64,000 bases of DNA, taken from positions 230,413 to 294,412 of the forward strand of contig JBBTRF010000001.1 in assembly GCA_038065315.1 (NCBI GenBank). Reading direction: 5' to 3'. The DNA is from Patescibacteria group bacterium (GTDB lineage: Bacteria; Patescibacteriota; Minisyncoccia; Phycocordibacterales; JBBTRF01). The notes beneath the pieces were generated by a model. It had not been told where the DNA came from. It worked only from the letters and a program-made list of their open reading frames with translations, and searched no databases. Of this stretch, positions 36,980 to 47,167 are shown one piece after another; the stretch's first letter is position 1; each line of letters starts with the position of its first letter. The position numbers and the translations under genes were made by a program.

Positions 36980-38143
36980 CTACTTCTTCTCACCACCTTC
37001 CCCCACCAACCGCAAAACCGCAAGCTCCAACGGCAACTGAGGAATCGGCGAGCTGCCCGTCTGCTCAAGTGCAGTGAGCAATTCGAGCACAACCTTTGAA
37101 TTAATTTTTGCACCCGCCGCATCCCCCGCGCACTTCTTCAAAAACGCGAACTCTGCTTCGGAAAATTGCTCCTTTGCAATCTTCTCCATCTCTGCAGACA
37201 TACGCATGAGCAAAATGAAGCGGACCTTCTGCAGCACGAGCGTCACAAACACGCGCATGTCTACGCCATGTTCCTGCATCTGTCGAATCACCGCCAGCGC
37301 TTTTTCAGCACCACCCGCCGACCCCTCGCCGAGACCGAGAATGAAATCTTGCACCAGCTTCGCACGCGGCGCGGAAGTAACACGCTCCACGTCTTCGAGC
37401 GTTACGGATTTTTCTCCCACCGCCCCCAACACTTTCTGCAGCACACCAAGCGTGTCGCGATACGAACTGTCGCCAAGCAGGGCAATGAGCTCCGCCGCTT
37501 CCGCAGCCACCTTGAACCCTTCAGCCTTCGACACGCGCAGCACACTCTCCTTGAGCAACTCCGTCCCCGGCTTCTTGAACACAAAGGTCTGACAACGCGA
37601 CACCACCGTCTGCGGGAGCTTTTCCGAATCCGTCGTCGCCAAAATAAACACAACATGCGCCGGCGGCTCCTCGAGCGTCTTCAGGAGCGCATTGAAGGCC
37701 TCCTTGGTGAGCATGTGCACCTCGTCGATAATGTACACCTTGTATGGCGACTCAAAAGGCAACGTGTTCACCGCCTCACGAAGCTCACGCACGTCGTCGA
37801 TGCCACGATTCGATGCCGCGTCGATCTCGTAGAGGTCGTTGGCCGAGGTGCCGATGGTTTGTGCGAAAATGCGCGCCACCGAGGTCTTGCCCGTGCCACG
37901 TGAGCCGGAGAAGAGGTAGGCGTGGGAGATGTTCGGGCGGGCGCCGGACGAAGCGCCGGCCTTCCCAGCCGCGCCAATCGCCCCCTCCAGCGCCTTTACC
38001 ACCTGCTCCTGCCCGAGCACGTCGGCAAAGCTCGCCGGGCGGTATTTGCGGTACAAAGCGCTGTGGGAAGCGATGCGCGTGGTCGCGATCGCAGCATTGG
38101 CCGCTTTCTGGCCATCTTTCTTCGTCTTTTCCTCGGCTTTCAT
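36980..38143 (-). CDS. dnaX: DNA polymerase III subunit gamma/tau
   Basis: LYRKYRP..F, GSRGTGKT, EIDAASNRGID, IIDEVHML, LLKTLEEPP, SRC. Confidence 0.96.
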   Translation of the reverse strand: MKAEEKTKKDGQKAANAAIATTRIASHSALYRKYRPASFADVLGQEQVVKALEGAIGAAGKAGASSGARPNISHAYLFSGSRGTGKTSVARIFAQTIGTSANDLYEIDAASNRGIDDVRELREAVNTLPFESPYKVYIIDEVHMLTKEAFNALLKTLEEPPAHVVFILATTDSEKLPQTVVSRCQTFVFKKPGTELLKESVLRVSKAEGFKVAAEAAELIALLGDSSYRDTLGVLQKVLGAVGEKSVTLEDVERVTSAPRAKLVQDFILGLGEGSAGGAEKALAVIRQMQEHGVDMRVFVTLVLQKVRFILLMRMSAEMEKIAKEQFSEAEFAFLKKCAGDAAGAKINSKVVLELLTALEQTGSSPIPQLPLELAVLRLVGEGGEKK

Positions 38144-38317
38144 GCGGAAAGTATAGCAGAAAAAGAGGCTTGTACAGAGCCGCGGCCTGGCTATTGATTT
38201 TTAATACAATTTATGATATAATACACTCCAGCACAACTTGGCTTTTTGACAACTCAGCAATGACTATGTGCGACCGTTTCGCATGTACAAAAAGCCACAC
38301 ACCTCGGAACCAACAAA

Positions 38318-40153
38318 ATGAGAACGTTTCTCTTGTTCACAGCGGCATTCCTCGCCTGCTTCGCCCACACGCCGCTGACACAGTCCGTCTGCGGTGCAAC
38401 GCTCTCCGTGAGCACGACTGGCCCGGCGTATCAGACCTTCGTCCCGGGTTCTCCGCAAGGAACCTACCTGGCAGTGACCCTCAGCGCATCAGCGGAAGAA
38501 GACGTTCGCATGTCTGCTCTACCGCTCATGTTGACCGTCGCCAACAGTGCGATGCCGACACAGCTCAGCAACATGAGACTGTGGGATGGCACGGTGGCAC
38601 TGAACACTGGCGCAAATACGTTGAACCCTGCATCCACTGGGACCAACACCACAACCTTTGATCAGTCTCTCGTCATCCCGAAAGGAACGACGAAGACGCT
38701 GCTCCTCAAAGGTTCAGTCTCCTCCTCCGCGGCCGGCACCTTTCGCTGGAGCCTCGGTTCGGGGCTAATCGCGACAGGTATCACAAGTTCTCAGCTCGCC
38801 AGCATTTCCATCGATACGGCCGCAAACCTGTCGACGACAATGTATGGCAGTCTGGGGACTCATCCGGCGATCACCTCGTTCACCCCACAGCTTGGCGGAA
38901 TCGCCGTCATCTATCAGGTGAATGGTGTCGCCGGATTGCCCTTCGCAATCTATGCATCGAGTGATTTGGTCAACTGGACAAGGCGCGCCTCGCTCACATT
39001 CGGAGCTAGCGGACAATTTGTTCTCTGGGATTTTCCGGACGCACAGCGGCAGTTCTACAAAGCTGTCACCGAGTGGCCGAGCCGGCTCGCCATCTCCACA
39101 AGTTCCACCAGTCCCCGCTACAAAATAGCGTCGGGTGGTGCGACCAATGTGACGATGGCGGCCTATACCGTTCGCACCGAATACGAGGCGGTCAATCTGG
39201 ACAGGATCGGCCTCCGACTCACACAAGGCAGCGCAAGCGACCTTGGACAAGTGACGGTGTGGGATGGCACAAACCAGATCGGTTCGACCGTCTTTGTCGG
39301 TGGCAATGTCTACGCGGTCTGCACGTTCGCGAGCCCGCTCCTCATCCCCAAGGATGGAGAGCGGACTCTGACGATCAAGGCAGATGTCGAAAACATCCTG
39401 TTTATCGGCGGCTATGGAGTCGTCGGTCCTTCAGGACACCTCATCGCCATCGATTACGACGACTCGAATCTGCAGCGGACTGTGGGGACGGGTGTGGAAT
39501 CCGGACAAACCATCACTGCGTCTGGCACAACCGCCGTGGCCGGAGTGAGGATCTTCAAATCCCACCCGAGCTTCGCCATCGACCAGCTTCCGGGAACGGG
39601 AGTGGCTGACGAACGGCTCTTGCGCTTCAAAGTCACCGCGGACACAGCGGGTAGCGCGAGTCTCCACAAGCTCTCGTTCTTCGTCGAAGCGATTGGTGCA
39701 TCGATGTGGAACATGAACTTGTATGCCTACGAGGACTCGAGCTACTCGATCCCCGTGAGCGGAGTGGGTGCTGGCGGCAAGGTCTCCAACACCAACTTCT
39801 TCGCCGGCCTCGTGGAGGTTCGGGCACAGACGTCAACAGGTGCCGCCTCAGCCATCGTGATCCCGGCAGGCCAGACCCGCTACTTCGAGCTTCGGAGTTC
39901 GGTGCTTAACCAGTCGTCCACAACAGTGGTCTACGCCAGACTCCTCTCGGACGACTACTGGCCACAAGGTCCGACGATCGACGCCAGTTTGGACAGTGCG
40001 CTGTTCTTGGACCAATACAGCTTCCACAAGAACATCCTCTGGTCTCCAGACACGCTCGGTCCCGTTCAACCGGGCACGAGCTTCGACTGGACGAATGGAT
40101 ATGGATTGCCTGGCCTCATGCCGGCGACCATCGTCCAAGTGCGCACGCCGTAA
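38318..40153 (+). CDS. Secreted beta-rich surface protein with repeated Ig-like modules
   Basis: Signal peptide; repeated 'LWDGT...L.IPK..KTL..K' modules; TTGATT-17-TATAAT promoter and terminator at about 40180-40221. Confidence 0.75.
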   Translation: MRTFLLFTAAFLACFAHTPLTQSVCGATLSVSTTGPAYQTFVPGSPQGTYLAVTLSASAEEDVRMSALPLMLTVANSAMPTQLSNMRLWDGTVALNTGANTLNPASTGTNTTTFDQSLVIPKGTTKTLLLKGSVSSSAAGTFRWSLGSGLIATGITSSQLASISIDTAANLSTTMYGSLGTHPAITSFTPQLGGIAVIYQVNGVAGLPFAIYASSDLVNWTRRASLTFGASGQFVLWDFPDAQRQFYKAVTEWPSRLAISTSSTSPRYKIASGGATNVTMAAYTVRTEYEAVNLDRIGLRLTQGSASDLGQVTVWDGTNQIGSTVFVGGNVYAVCTFASPLLIPKDGERTLTIKADVENILFIGGYGVVGPSGHLIAIDYDDSNLQRTVGTGVESGQTITASGTTAVAGVRIFKSHPSFAIDQLPGTGVADERLLRFKVTADTAGSASLHKLSFFVEAIGASMWNMNLYAYEDSSYSIPVSGVGAGGKVSNTNFFAGLVEVRAQTSTGAASAIVIPAGQTRYFELRSSVLNQSSTTVVYARLLSDDYWPQGPTIDASLDSALFLDQYSFHKNILWSPDTLGPVQPGTSFDWTNGYGLPGLMPATIVQVRTP

Positions 40154-40244
40154 AGAAGTATCGCACACGCAGATCACCGCCGCAGACAGCAGGGCCCCGA
40201 GCTCTCTGTCTGCGGTTTTTTCTTGCTTACAAAATAAAAAATAT

Positions 40245-40690
40245 GAAAAGAAAGAGACCCAGCCAGCGAATGCACTCGCCAACTGGGTCCACCAACCAAA
40301 CCGCGCGGAAACAACAATCGCGCGAACCATCACCGACAACCGACCCCATACGACCCCACCGTCCCGAGAAGACGGCCTGGCGTAGAGCGACAAGGACACA
40401 TCACCTGATGTCGGCATTACACCGAACCGGTACGGAACCGGCAGCCCTTGAGATAATTGATCACCCCTTTCTCACTGCCCCTCGAAGGCAGTTTCGTGTT
40501 CAAGGTTGAGGAAACCTGAACCGTGACCGCTCCGGCCATCTGGTGGCGTAGCGCTCCGGTCCCCGTTGCGTTTACTGGTGTGGCGATTCCACATGTGTCG
40601 CTTGGTTTTCCTTCCGTCTTGTATCTATCGATCTTTTTTGAGCCGGTCGAGCTCGATCGACTGAGTTGTTGTGACCTCTGGCCGCTTATT
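40245..40690 (-). ncRNA. Candidate long structured RNA
   Basis: About 450 nt with at least 8 hairpins, ending in a GU-containing terminator hairpin plus U-rich tail on the minus strand; no convincing ORF. Confidence 0.35.
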
Positions 40691-40754
40691 ATTGTATACC
40701 TCCTCTCAGAAAAAGTGAAGCCGCGAATCGGCAAGGGCGGCTACCTGTCAACAC

Positions 40755-40838
40755 TTTTTAGGTGGTGCGGATTTTTCATACAAAAGTATGAGAAAAGTAT
40801 GACGAATCCGCACCTACTCTTTTTCTCGTCGCCACCCC
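40755..40838 (-). repeat. Nested-palindrome intergenic repeat, copy 3
   Basis: GGTGCGGATTTTTCATAC...GTATGACGAATCCGCACC plus TTTT..GCCACCCC flank, directly after the dus stop. Confidence 0.88.
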
Positions 40839-42017
40839 TCACTGTCCGATACCACCCACAACATCTCTCACCTCAGCGGCAGAATTGGTCTGCATCAGCA
40901 AGGCACGCAACTCTTTCGCTCCCTCCCAACCGTGCACATACGCTTTGTAATGCTTCTTCATGATCGAGAAATTCTTCAAATCGCCAAGTAGTTTTTCGAA
41001 GAGCTCCGTATGTTCCACCATCACTCGCAAGCGCTCAGCGATCTGCTCTTTGTTATAAAAATGATCGACGCCGAGCACGCCACCGCCAAAGCCGACCGCG
41101 CCGCCAGTCGCTTGATCGACGCCCTTGCCGCCAGCGTTTGTGTCGACATGCATGGATGAGCTTTCGTCAAACAACCACGGGTTGCCAAAAATAGCACGGC
41201 CGAGCATTACGCCGTCCGCACCGCTCACTCGCGCCTTTTCGCGTGCATCAGCCAGATTACGCGCGTCGCCGTTGCCAAAAATGAGTGTGCGTGTTTCGGC
41301 TGGCAAATGCGCCTGAAGGCGATCGCGGATCTCCACGGCCTCTCGTACATGTTCCCAACGCGCCGGTACCAATGACAGCTCTTTGCGGTTGCGGGCATGG
41401 ACCGTGATCATCGCGGGTCGCTCAGCAAGAAGAGCGGGGAGCCAAGTAGCCAGCTCGTTCTTGCCATAGCCAATGCGCGTCTTCACCGACACAGCCGGCA
41501 CCGGCTTCCCGTACTTCTTTGCACCATTGGCGGCGCCACGAATCGCGGCTCGCAGCACTCGGCGCGCAACTCGCGGACTTTTGATCATCCCCGCTCCAGC
41601 TCCCTGCTTCTCGATACTCTTGTCTGGACAACCCATATTGATATCAATGCCATCAAACCCCATCTCCACCGCGAGTTCGGCTGCCTGCTCCATGTGTGCC
41701 GGATTCGAAGTGAAAAACTGCGCAATAATCGGCCGCTCACCCTCGCTATACAACAGGTCTCGCAGCAATTTGTCTCGCCCAATTTTTGGTGCACGCGCAA
41801 GTCCATCCGCTGACACAAACTCCGTCCACATCGCATCCGGCCGACTGTACTTCGCGATGATCCGTCGAAATGCCGCGTCTGTGACATCCGCCATCGGCGC
41901 CAACACAAACAATGGGCCGGATTTGGCCTGTTTCAATCGGTACCACAAATCGCCACTCTCTACTTGCGGTGAAAAAGCGCGCGTCACTACATCGGAAATA
42001 TTCAGAAAAAAATTCAT
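40839..42017 (-). CDS. dus: tRNA-dihydrouridine synthase
   Basis: LAPMADVTD, TEFVS, IDINMGCP, SVKTRIG, TVHAR, GNGD, GVMLGRA..GNPW. Confidence 0.94.
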   Translation of the reverse strand: MNFFLNISDVVTRAFSPQVESGDLWYRLKQAKSGPLFVLAPMADVTDAAFRRIIAKYSRPDAMWTEFVSADGLARAPKIGRDKLLRDLLYSEGERPIIAQFFTSNPAHMEQAAELAVEMGFDGIDINMGCPDKSIEKQGAGAGMIKSPRVARRVLRAAIRGAANGAKKYGKPVPAVSVKTRIGYGKNELATWLPALLAERPAMITVHARNRKELSLVPARWEHVREAVEIRDRLQAHLPAETRTLIFGNGDARNLADAREKARVSGADGVMLGRAIFGNPWLFDESSSMHVDTNAGGKGVDQATGGAVGFGGGVLGVDHFYNKEQIAERLRVMVEHTELFEKLLGDLKNFSIMKKHYKAYVHGWEGAKELRALLMQTNSAAEVRDVVGGIGQ

Positions 42018-42032
42018 GTAAATCTGCCCTAC

Positions 42033-44468
42033 TTACAGCTCCTCCGGGCGGATGTGCAGCACTGTACCAGGTTTTGCCTCACCTTTCAAAAGCGCCTTCG
42101 CCACGGCCTGCTCCACCTTCTCCTGGATCACGCGATTCATCGCTCGGGCGCCAAACTTCTGATCGCTGCCCTCCTTCACCAGATATGCCACCAATTCGTC
42201 CGTCACCTCGACACTCACGCCTTTTTCATCCAAACGCTTGTTCAATTTTGCCAACATCAATCGCCCCACCTTCTCCATATCAGCAACGGCCAAAGGCTGA
42301 AACAGTACCACATCATCAAAACGATTGAGCAATTCCGGCTTGAAGATCGCCCGCTCGACGATAGAGTCGATGATCTCAGGTTTTTTGGCCGCTATTGCCG
42401 CACTCACCCCGGCACGAACACCGACAGCACCGCCCGCTTCACCAATCAACTTCCAAATCACATCGCTGCCGGCATTCGAGGTGGCAATGATGATCGTGTT
42501 GCGTGCATTCACCCGCTCGCCGCTCGCATCGGTGAAAAACCCTTCGTCCAAAATCTGCAAAAATAGATCGTGTACCGCCGGATTCGTCTTCTCAAATTCA
42601 TCCAAAAGCAGCACGCCGTATTGCTGGTCGCGCAAACGTGAAGCGAGCAAACCTGTCGTACCCTCACCTGCCGAACCGATGAGGCGGCTCAGTGCATCCA
42701 CCGTTCGATACTCCGACATATCAAAACGCATGATGCGATCTTCGCTCCCGAAAAACACATCGGCCAGAGCCTTGGTCGTCTCCGTCTTCCCCACACCGGT
42801 CGGTCCAAGAAAAAGGAAGGAGCCCATCGGTCGCTTCGGATTGTTCACGCCCGACCTCGCTCGCCGCATCGCATTGCCAATCGCCTGGACACCTGCTTCC
42901 TGGCCGATAATCCGCTGATGCAAAATCGTTTCCAACTTCAAAAGCACGTCTTTTTCACCGGCACTCGCCTCACCGAGAGGAATACCGGTCTTTGCACTCA
43001 CGGTCGCCAACACATCGGCACGCTCGACAACCGTCCGCTTTTGCAGACGGACATATGGCGCAATCTCGGCAATGAGGTCATGAGCCTTGTCGATAGTTGA
43101 ACCTTGTGAAAAGTACCGTTCAGCGCTCTCCACCACCTCCTTGAGTGCTGGGAAGGTGAAGAAGACTCCGTTGCGGCGCTCGACACGCTCAATCTCCGAT
43201 TCCAAAAGCTCGACCAAAGTCCGAGCATCAATCGGAGCCAAAATGATCTTTTCAAAAAATCGCATTAGTTCACCCTTCGGCTCGAGCGTTTGGTGGAAGG
43301 AATGCACATCGCTCACCGCCACAAGCTGGACGCCGCCCGAGGACAGATACGGCGCGAGGAAAGATTGCATCTCAATGCCGAGGGCGGCAGCGTCACGCAC
43401 AAACAAGGCGAACTCATCGATCACCACGATCACATTCCCCGCCTTCACCACTTCATTGAAAATCGAGATGAGCAACGCCTCACAAGAACCCCGATCTTTC
43501 GCCGAAGCCATGATCGCGGCAGTGTCGAGCCGGATCAAACGCTTGTGTTCAAGCTCCGGATACGCCGTACCGAGATCGATCATGCGAGCCAGACCATGCA
43601 ACACATCCATGACACCATTCGCCTTGTCACCGACCAACAAAACATTTCCGGAAGATTCACGGACCAACACTTTCTCCACAGCCACCATTTCGGTGCGACG
43701 AAACGAAGAATCCGGATTCAAGCTTAGGGCCGAAGCAGCGGGAGAAGAAAGTGCGGAATGCCGGCGTGCCTCCACGATCACATCACGGCCAAAACGATCG
43801 AGATGGTACGTCTTGCCGTATGCCCAATCCTTTGCGAGACCGGGAATCCGGGCAAGATTTTCATGACTCCACCAGCGCGCCTCAGCGATACGGGCCTTCT
43901 CGCGAATCTCACACCACTCTGCGGCACCAATACAAGCACTCTTTTCTACGCCAGACTCACGCAAAAATTGTGCAAAAGCGCTATCGACATGCAGCAACTC
44001 TTCGACAAATTGTGCAAATGTTCGTACTTCTGAAAGATCTAGCTCCAACGGCTGGGCCGAATGCGTCATCTGCGTCAAAAATGCTTGTGCCGACAAGCGA
44101 CTGATGCCGCAGCGGTTCAGTGTCCAGCGGCCAAATGGCGACAAAATAAACACAGCCGTCGGGTGTAGCGTGGTACAACGATACAGCACCGACGCGAGCA
44201 TGTATGAACAATCGGCATTGCGGCTGTGCGCATATGAATTGAAGAAAAATTCAACAGCATACACTTTCAACACGATAGCGAAAGCAATGCAGAACAACCC
44301 GAGCGCAATATTGCCGCCCTTGCCGGCCAGTACCACGACGAGCAGCGAAACAAACACCGTCGCACACACCTGGCGAATTGTCCGGCGTCTGGCTGAGCCG
44401 ATCAGCGTATCCAGAGCAAGCGCTGGCTGAAATGGTTGAATCTTTTTTTGGATGAGTGAAGTGTCCAT
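42033..44468 (-). CDS. Membrane-anchored ClpA/ClpB-like AAA+ ATPase with degenerate first NBD
   Basis: Two N-terminal TM helices; NBD1 LLVGDKANGVMD (no GKT); NBD2 GPTGVGKT, DMSEY, LLDEFEK, FKPELLNRFD, FGAR. Confidence 0.88.
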   Translation of the reverse strand: MDTSLIQKKIQPFQPALALDTLIGSARRRTIRQVCATVFVSLLVVVLAGKGGNIALGLFCIAFAIVLKVYAVEFFFNSYAHSRNADCSYMLASVLYRCTTLHPTAVFILSPFGRWTLNRCGISRLSAQAFLTQMTHSAQPLELDLSEVRTFAQFVEELLHVDSAFAQFLRESGVEKSACIGAAEWCEIREKARIAEARWWSHENLARIPGLAKDWAYGKTYHLDRFGRDVIVEARRHSALSSPAASALSLNPDSSFRRTEMVAVEKVLVRESSGNVLLVGDKANGVMDVLHGLARMIDLGTAYPELEHKRLIRLDTAAIMASAKDRGSCEALLISIFNEVVKAGNVIVVIDEFALFVRDAAALGIEMQSFLAPYLSSGGVQLVAVSDVHSFHQTLEPKGELMRFFEKIILAPIDARTLVELLESEIERVERRNGVFFTFPALKEVVESAERYFSQGSTIDKAHDLIAEIAPYVRLQKRTVVERADVLATVSAKTGIPLGEASAGEKDVLLKLETILHQRIIGQEAGVQAIGNAMRRARSGVNNPKRPMGSFLFLGPTGVGKTETTKALADVFFGSEDRIMRFDMSEYRTVDALSRLIGSAGEGTTGLLASRLRDQQYGVLLLDEFEKTNPAVHDLFLQILDEGFFTDASGERVNARNTIIIATSNAGSDVIWKLIGEAGGAVGVRAGVSAAIAAKKPEIIDSIVERAIFKPELLNRFDDVVLFQPLAVADMEKVGRLMLAKLNKRLDEKGVSVEVTDELVAYLVKEGSDQKFGARAMNRVIQEKVEQAVAKALLKGEAKPGTVLHIRPEEL

Positions 44469-44484
44469 GTTGGTTGTCTCCCGG

Positions 44485-44877
44485 TTATTGTATTGCCAAT
44501 TGAACACCTCGCACGAAGAGCGCGAGAATAATGAACGGCAGCAAACACCACATCGCCACAAACAGAGCCACGACCAACGTGGTGAGGACACAGACCGCCA
44601 AGGCAAACATGAGGATCATGGCGCGCAATGTCACACCAATCAACCGCATCAACGTATTGATCACCGTCGCCTGCAGCCATTGCTCGAGCTTGAATTTCTC
44701 TCCCTTCTCCTCGCCGAGGCGCTTCCACGGCTCAAAAAACGACCTCAGCAAGATCCCGACCGAGAAGAAATGATATTCGAACCAATATGCCCGCCCAATA
44801 ATGCGGAACATTTCGGCAAAAGCCCGCGAGTAATGCCACTGCAAATACTGCCACGAGAGAATCAATGCTTTCACCAT
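44485..44877 (-). CDS. Membrane protein co-transcribed with the Clp-like ATPase
   Basis: W.Y, FFSV..LLRSFF.PWKR, R.IG...R, hydrophobic C-terminus. Confidence 0.75.
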   Translation of the reverse strand: MVKALILSWQYLQWHYSRAFAEMFRIIGRAYWFEYHFFSVGILLRSFFEPWKRLGEEKGEKFKLEQWLQATVINTLMRLIGVTLRAMILMFALAVCVLTTLVVALFVAMWCLLPFIILALFVRGVQLAIQ

Positions 44878-44892
44878 ACTAGTATACCGCAG

Positions 44893-45768
44893 CTACTGTT
44901 TTTTGTAATACACCTTATTCCCATAGCGGAGATCCAGATATTCCACTCGTGCAGAAGTCAGGTTTTCCGAATCCACCACCCGCCGAAAAGCCTCAATAGA
45001 CCGCTGGATATCCTGATCCAAAGTGAAGAAAATTCGCGTACCACCAGCCGTCACCACTTCGAATTCGTTGTTCTCTTTCGCAATCAAGGCCATCGGCTTG
45101 AATGAGGCTCCAAAAAAGTCTACGCCACCGATCGCAGAGACGAAAGATAAAGCGCTACCAAAAGCATCCGGTGTCGATGAAGCCAAAAAATGCGCTCCCA
45201 GTGGCGATGTGCCGGGAGCGAGACCACCATAGAGCTTCACATACGGTGTGCCGGAAAATGAAGCTGCTTCAGCGTATAGATACCCCTTCTCGTCGGAGTA
45301 CTGACACTGCTCATTGCCAGAGCCGGCTTGGACCACAGCAGGGGCGAGCACACCGCACCAGACATACACCGGAGTACGTTCGCCAATACGCATGGTCAGT
45401 GTCGCTTCCCCACGCCACTGACCATCCAACCCCGCACTCACGACCTCAACACGGAACCATTGTTGTTTGATCGCCGACAAGATCGCACGCTTTGGGTACA
45501 GCAGTACGTTACTCTTCGGAAATACCCAAAGATAATTGCCGTCGGTAAGTTCTGCGATCTTCGCTTGAACATCACTTGTGGCTGTCACCGAATTCCCTTC
45601 CACCTGCACTGATTGGATCTGAAAAATACTCAACCGAGCAATGAGAATGACGCTCGCCAAAATGATGAGAAGCGAAACGCTGGCGACAATGCTCTGGCGA
45701 ATAAGCTGCTCGCGCCGTCGACGCGCATACTGTGGAGACGTGAGGTTAGATGAACGCCCGATCGCCAT
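44893..45768 (-). CDS. ftsQ: Cell division protein FtsQ/DivIB-like
   Basis: Basic N-terminus, one TM, POTRA-like F.I..V.VEGN, ERTP, YLDLRYGNKVY. Confidence 0.8.
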   Translation of the reverse strand: MAIGRSSNLTSPQYARRRREQLIRQSIVASVSLLIILASVILIARLSIFQIQSVQVEGNSVTATSDVQAKIAELTDGNYLWVFPKSNVLLYPKRAILSAIKQQWFRVEVVSAGLDGQWRGEATLTMRIGERTPVYVWCGVLAPAVVQAGSGNEQCQYSDEKGYLYAEAASFSGTPYVKLYGGLAPGTSPLGAHFLASSTPDAFGSALSFVSAIGGVDFFGASFKPMALIAKENNEFEVVTAGGTRIFFTLDQDIQRSIEAFRRVVDSENLTSARVEYLDLRYGNKVYYKKQ

Positions 45769-47105
45769 TAGTTGTTCCCTTTAGCTGGCGTAGCGGGAAT
45801 TGTTTTTGAGCCGGCGACGGGCGCAACAACCGGCACAATGACCGTGCGACCGCCCATGTATTTCTGAAGCACTTGCGGAATTTTTATCGATCCATCAGCC
45901 TGCTGGTTGTTTTCGAGAATCGGGATAAGAATGCGCGGACTGGCGAGCGCGGTATTGTTGAGCGAGTGCACAAAGCGCATCTTGCCCTCAGCGTCTTTGT
46001 ATCGAATGTTGAGTCGGCGGGTCTGGAAGTCGTGGAAATACGAACATGAATGTGTCTCGCACCACGCTTTTTGCGATGGCACCCACGCTTCGACATCGTA
46101 CTTCTTCACCTGGCCGAGACCGAGGTCTCCAGCGCAGTTGAGTACAACATGGTATGGAATATTGAGCGCCTGCATCATCTCTTCGACATTCGCGAGGAGT
46201 TCTTCGTGGAGGGCGACACTGGTCTCGTGGCTCGCTTCGCAGAGGATCACTTGCTCAAATTTGAAAAATTCATGGACACGCTTCACGCCCTTGGTGTCTT
46301 TGCTGTGTGCACCTGCTTCGCGTCGGAAACACGGAGAAAAAGCGAGCGTCTTTTCCGGTAGCTGCAACTTGTCGAGCACTTCGTCCATGTGATACCCCAT
46401 CGCGGCCACCTCACCGGTACCCGCGAGATATGAAGCGTCCTGAGTCTTGTACAAATCTTCCTCGCCCTGCGGGAGGTAGCCGGTACCCATGAGCAAATTT
46501 TTGTTCACAAGTGAAGGCACCATGGCAGGAGAGAACCCTTTCTTCGTGAACATTTCCAGCACAAATTGCCAAAGGGCAAAATTAAGGAGCACTGCGTCGT
46601 TCTTTAGAACATAGCCGCGGAAGCCCGCCACTTTCGTGCCACGATCGAAGTCGCAGAGGTTGAGCGCCTCCATCAGCTCGATGTGGGACTTTGGCTGAAA
46701 ATCGAATTTCGGAATCTCGCCCCACGCCTTCACCTCTTTGTTTTCTGCATCACTGGTACCGTCTGGCACCGACATGTCAGGGATATTTGGCACCTGCACC
46801 ATCAGCGCCTGCCACTCTTTCATCACCGTCTTGAGAGCCTCTTCCTCAGCCTGCATGCCGTCTTTGAGCGTCTTCATCTGTGCAATGAGGGTGGCGCGTT
46901 CGTTTGGGTCAGCCGAAGTCGCCGCCTTCACAATGCGCTCGCTGTATGCATTTTGCTCGGCACGCTTCTTTTCGAGGCCCGTCATGAGCTCGCGGCGCTT
47001 GTCATCAACATTGATCAATGCAGTGACATCGAACGGTACTGATTTCCGCTTTGCAGCAAGCTGTATAAGCTCGGTATTCTCTCTGATGAATTTAATATCA
47101 AGCAT
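45768..47105 (-). CDS. serS: Serine--tRNA ligase
   Basis: MLDIKFIREN, coiled coil, PNIPD.SVP.G, FRREAG, RVHEF.K.E, LNNTALA..R. Confidence 0.97.
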   Translation of the reverse strand: MLDIKFIRENTELIQLAAKRKSVPFDVTALINVDDKRRELMTGLEKKRAEQNAYSERIVKAATSADPNERATLIAQMKTLKDGMQAEEEALKTVMKEWQALMVQVPNIPDMSVPDGTSDAENKEVKAWGEIPKFDFQPKSHIELMEALNLCDFDRGTKVAGFRGYVLKNDAVLLNFALWQFVLEMFTKKGFSPAMVPSLVNKNLLMGTGYLPQGEEDLYKTQDASYLAGTGEVAAMGYHMDEVLDKLQLPEKTLAFSPCFRREAGAHSKDTKGVKRVHEFFKFEQVILCEASHETSVALHEELLANVEEMMQALNIPYHVVLNCAGDLGLGQVKKYDVEAWVPSQKAWCETHSCSYFHDFQTRRLNIRYKDAEGKMRFVHSLNNTALASPRILIPILENNQQADGSIKIPQVLQKYMGGRTVIVPVVAPVAGSKTIPATPAKGNN

Positions 47106-47167
47106 TGTTCAAGAAAAAATGAAGTTTTTACTTGTTTTTATCATATCAGAAATCGTAGAATTGCGGA

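Noticed and set aside
36980-38143. Programmed gamma/tau frameshift in dnaX
   Set aside because: The gene is already short (387 aa) and ends cleanly; the nearby A-run frameshift belongs to the next gene
40245-40700. RNase P RNA, tmRNA or intron identity for the structured region
   Set aside because: No GAGGAAAGUCC/P4 signature, no tRNA-like ends with CCA, no recognisable group II domain V
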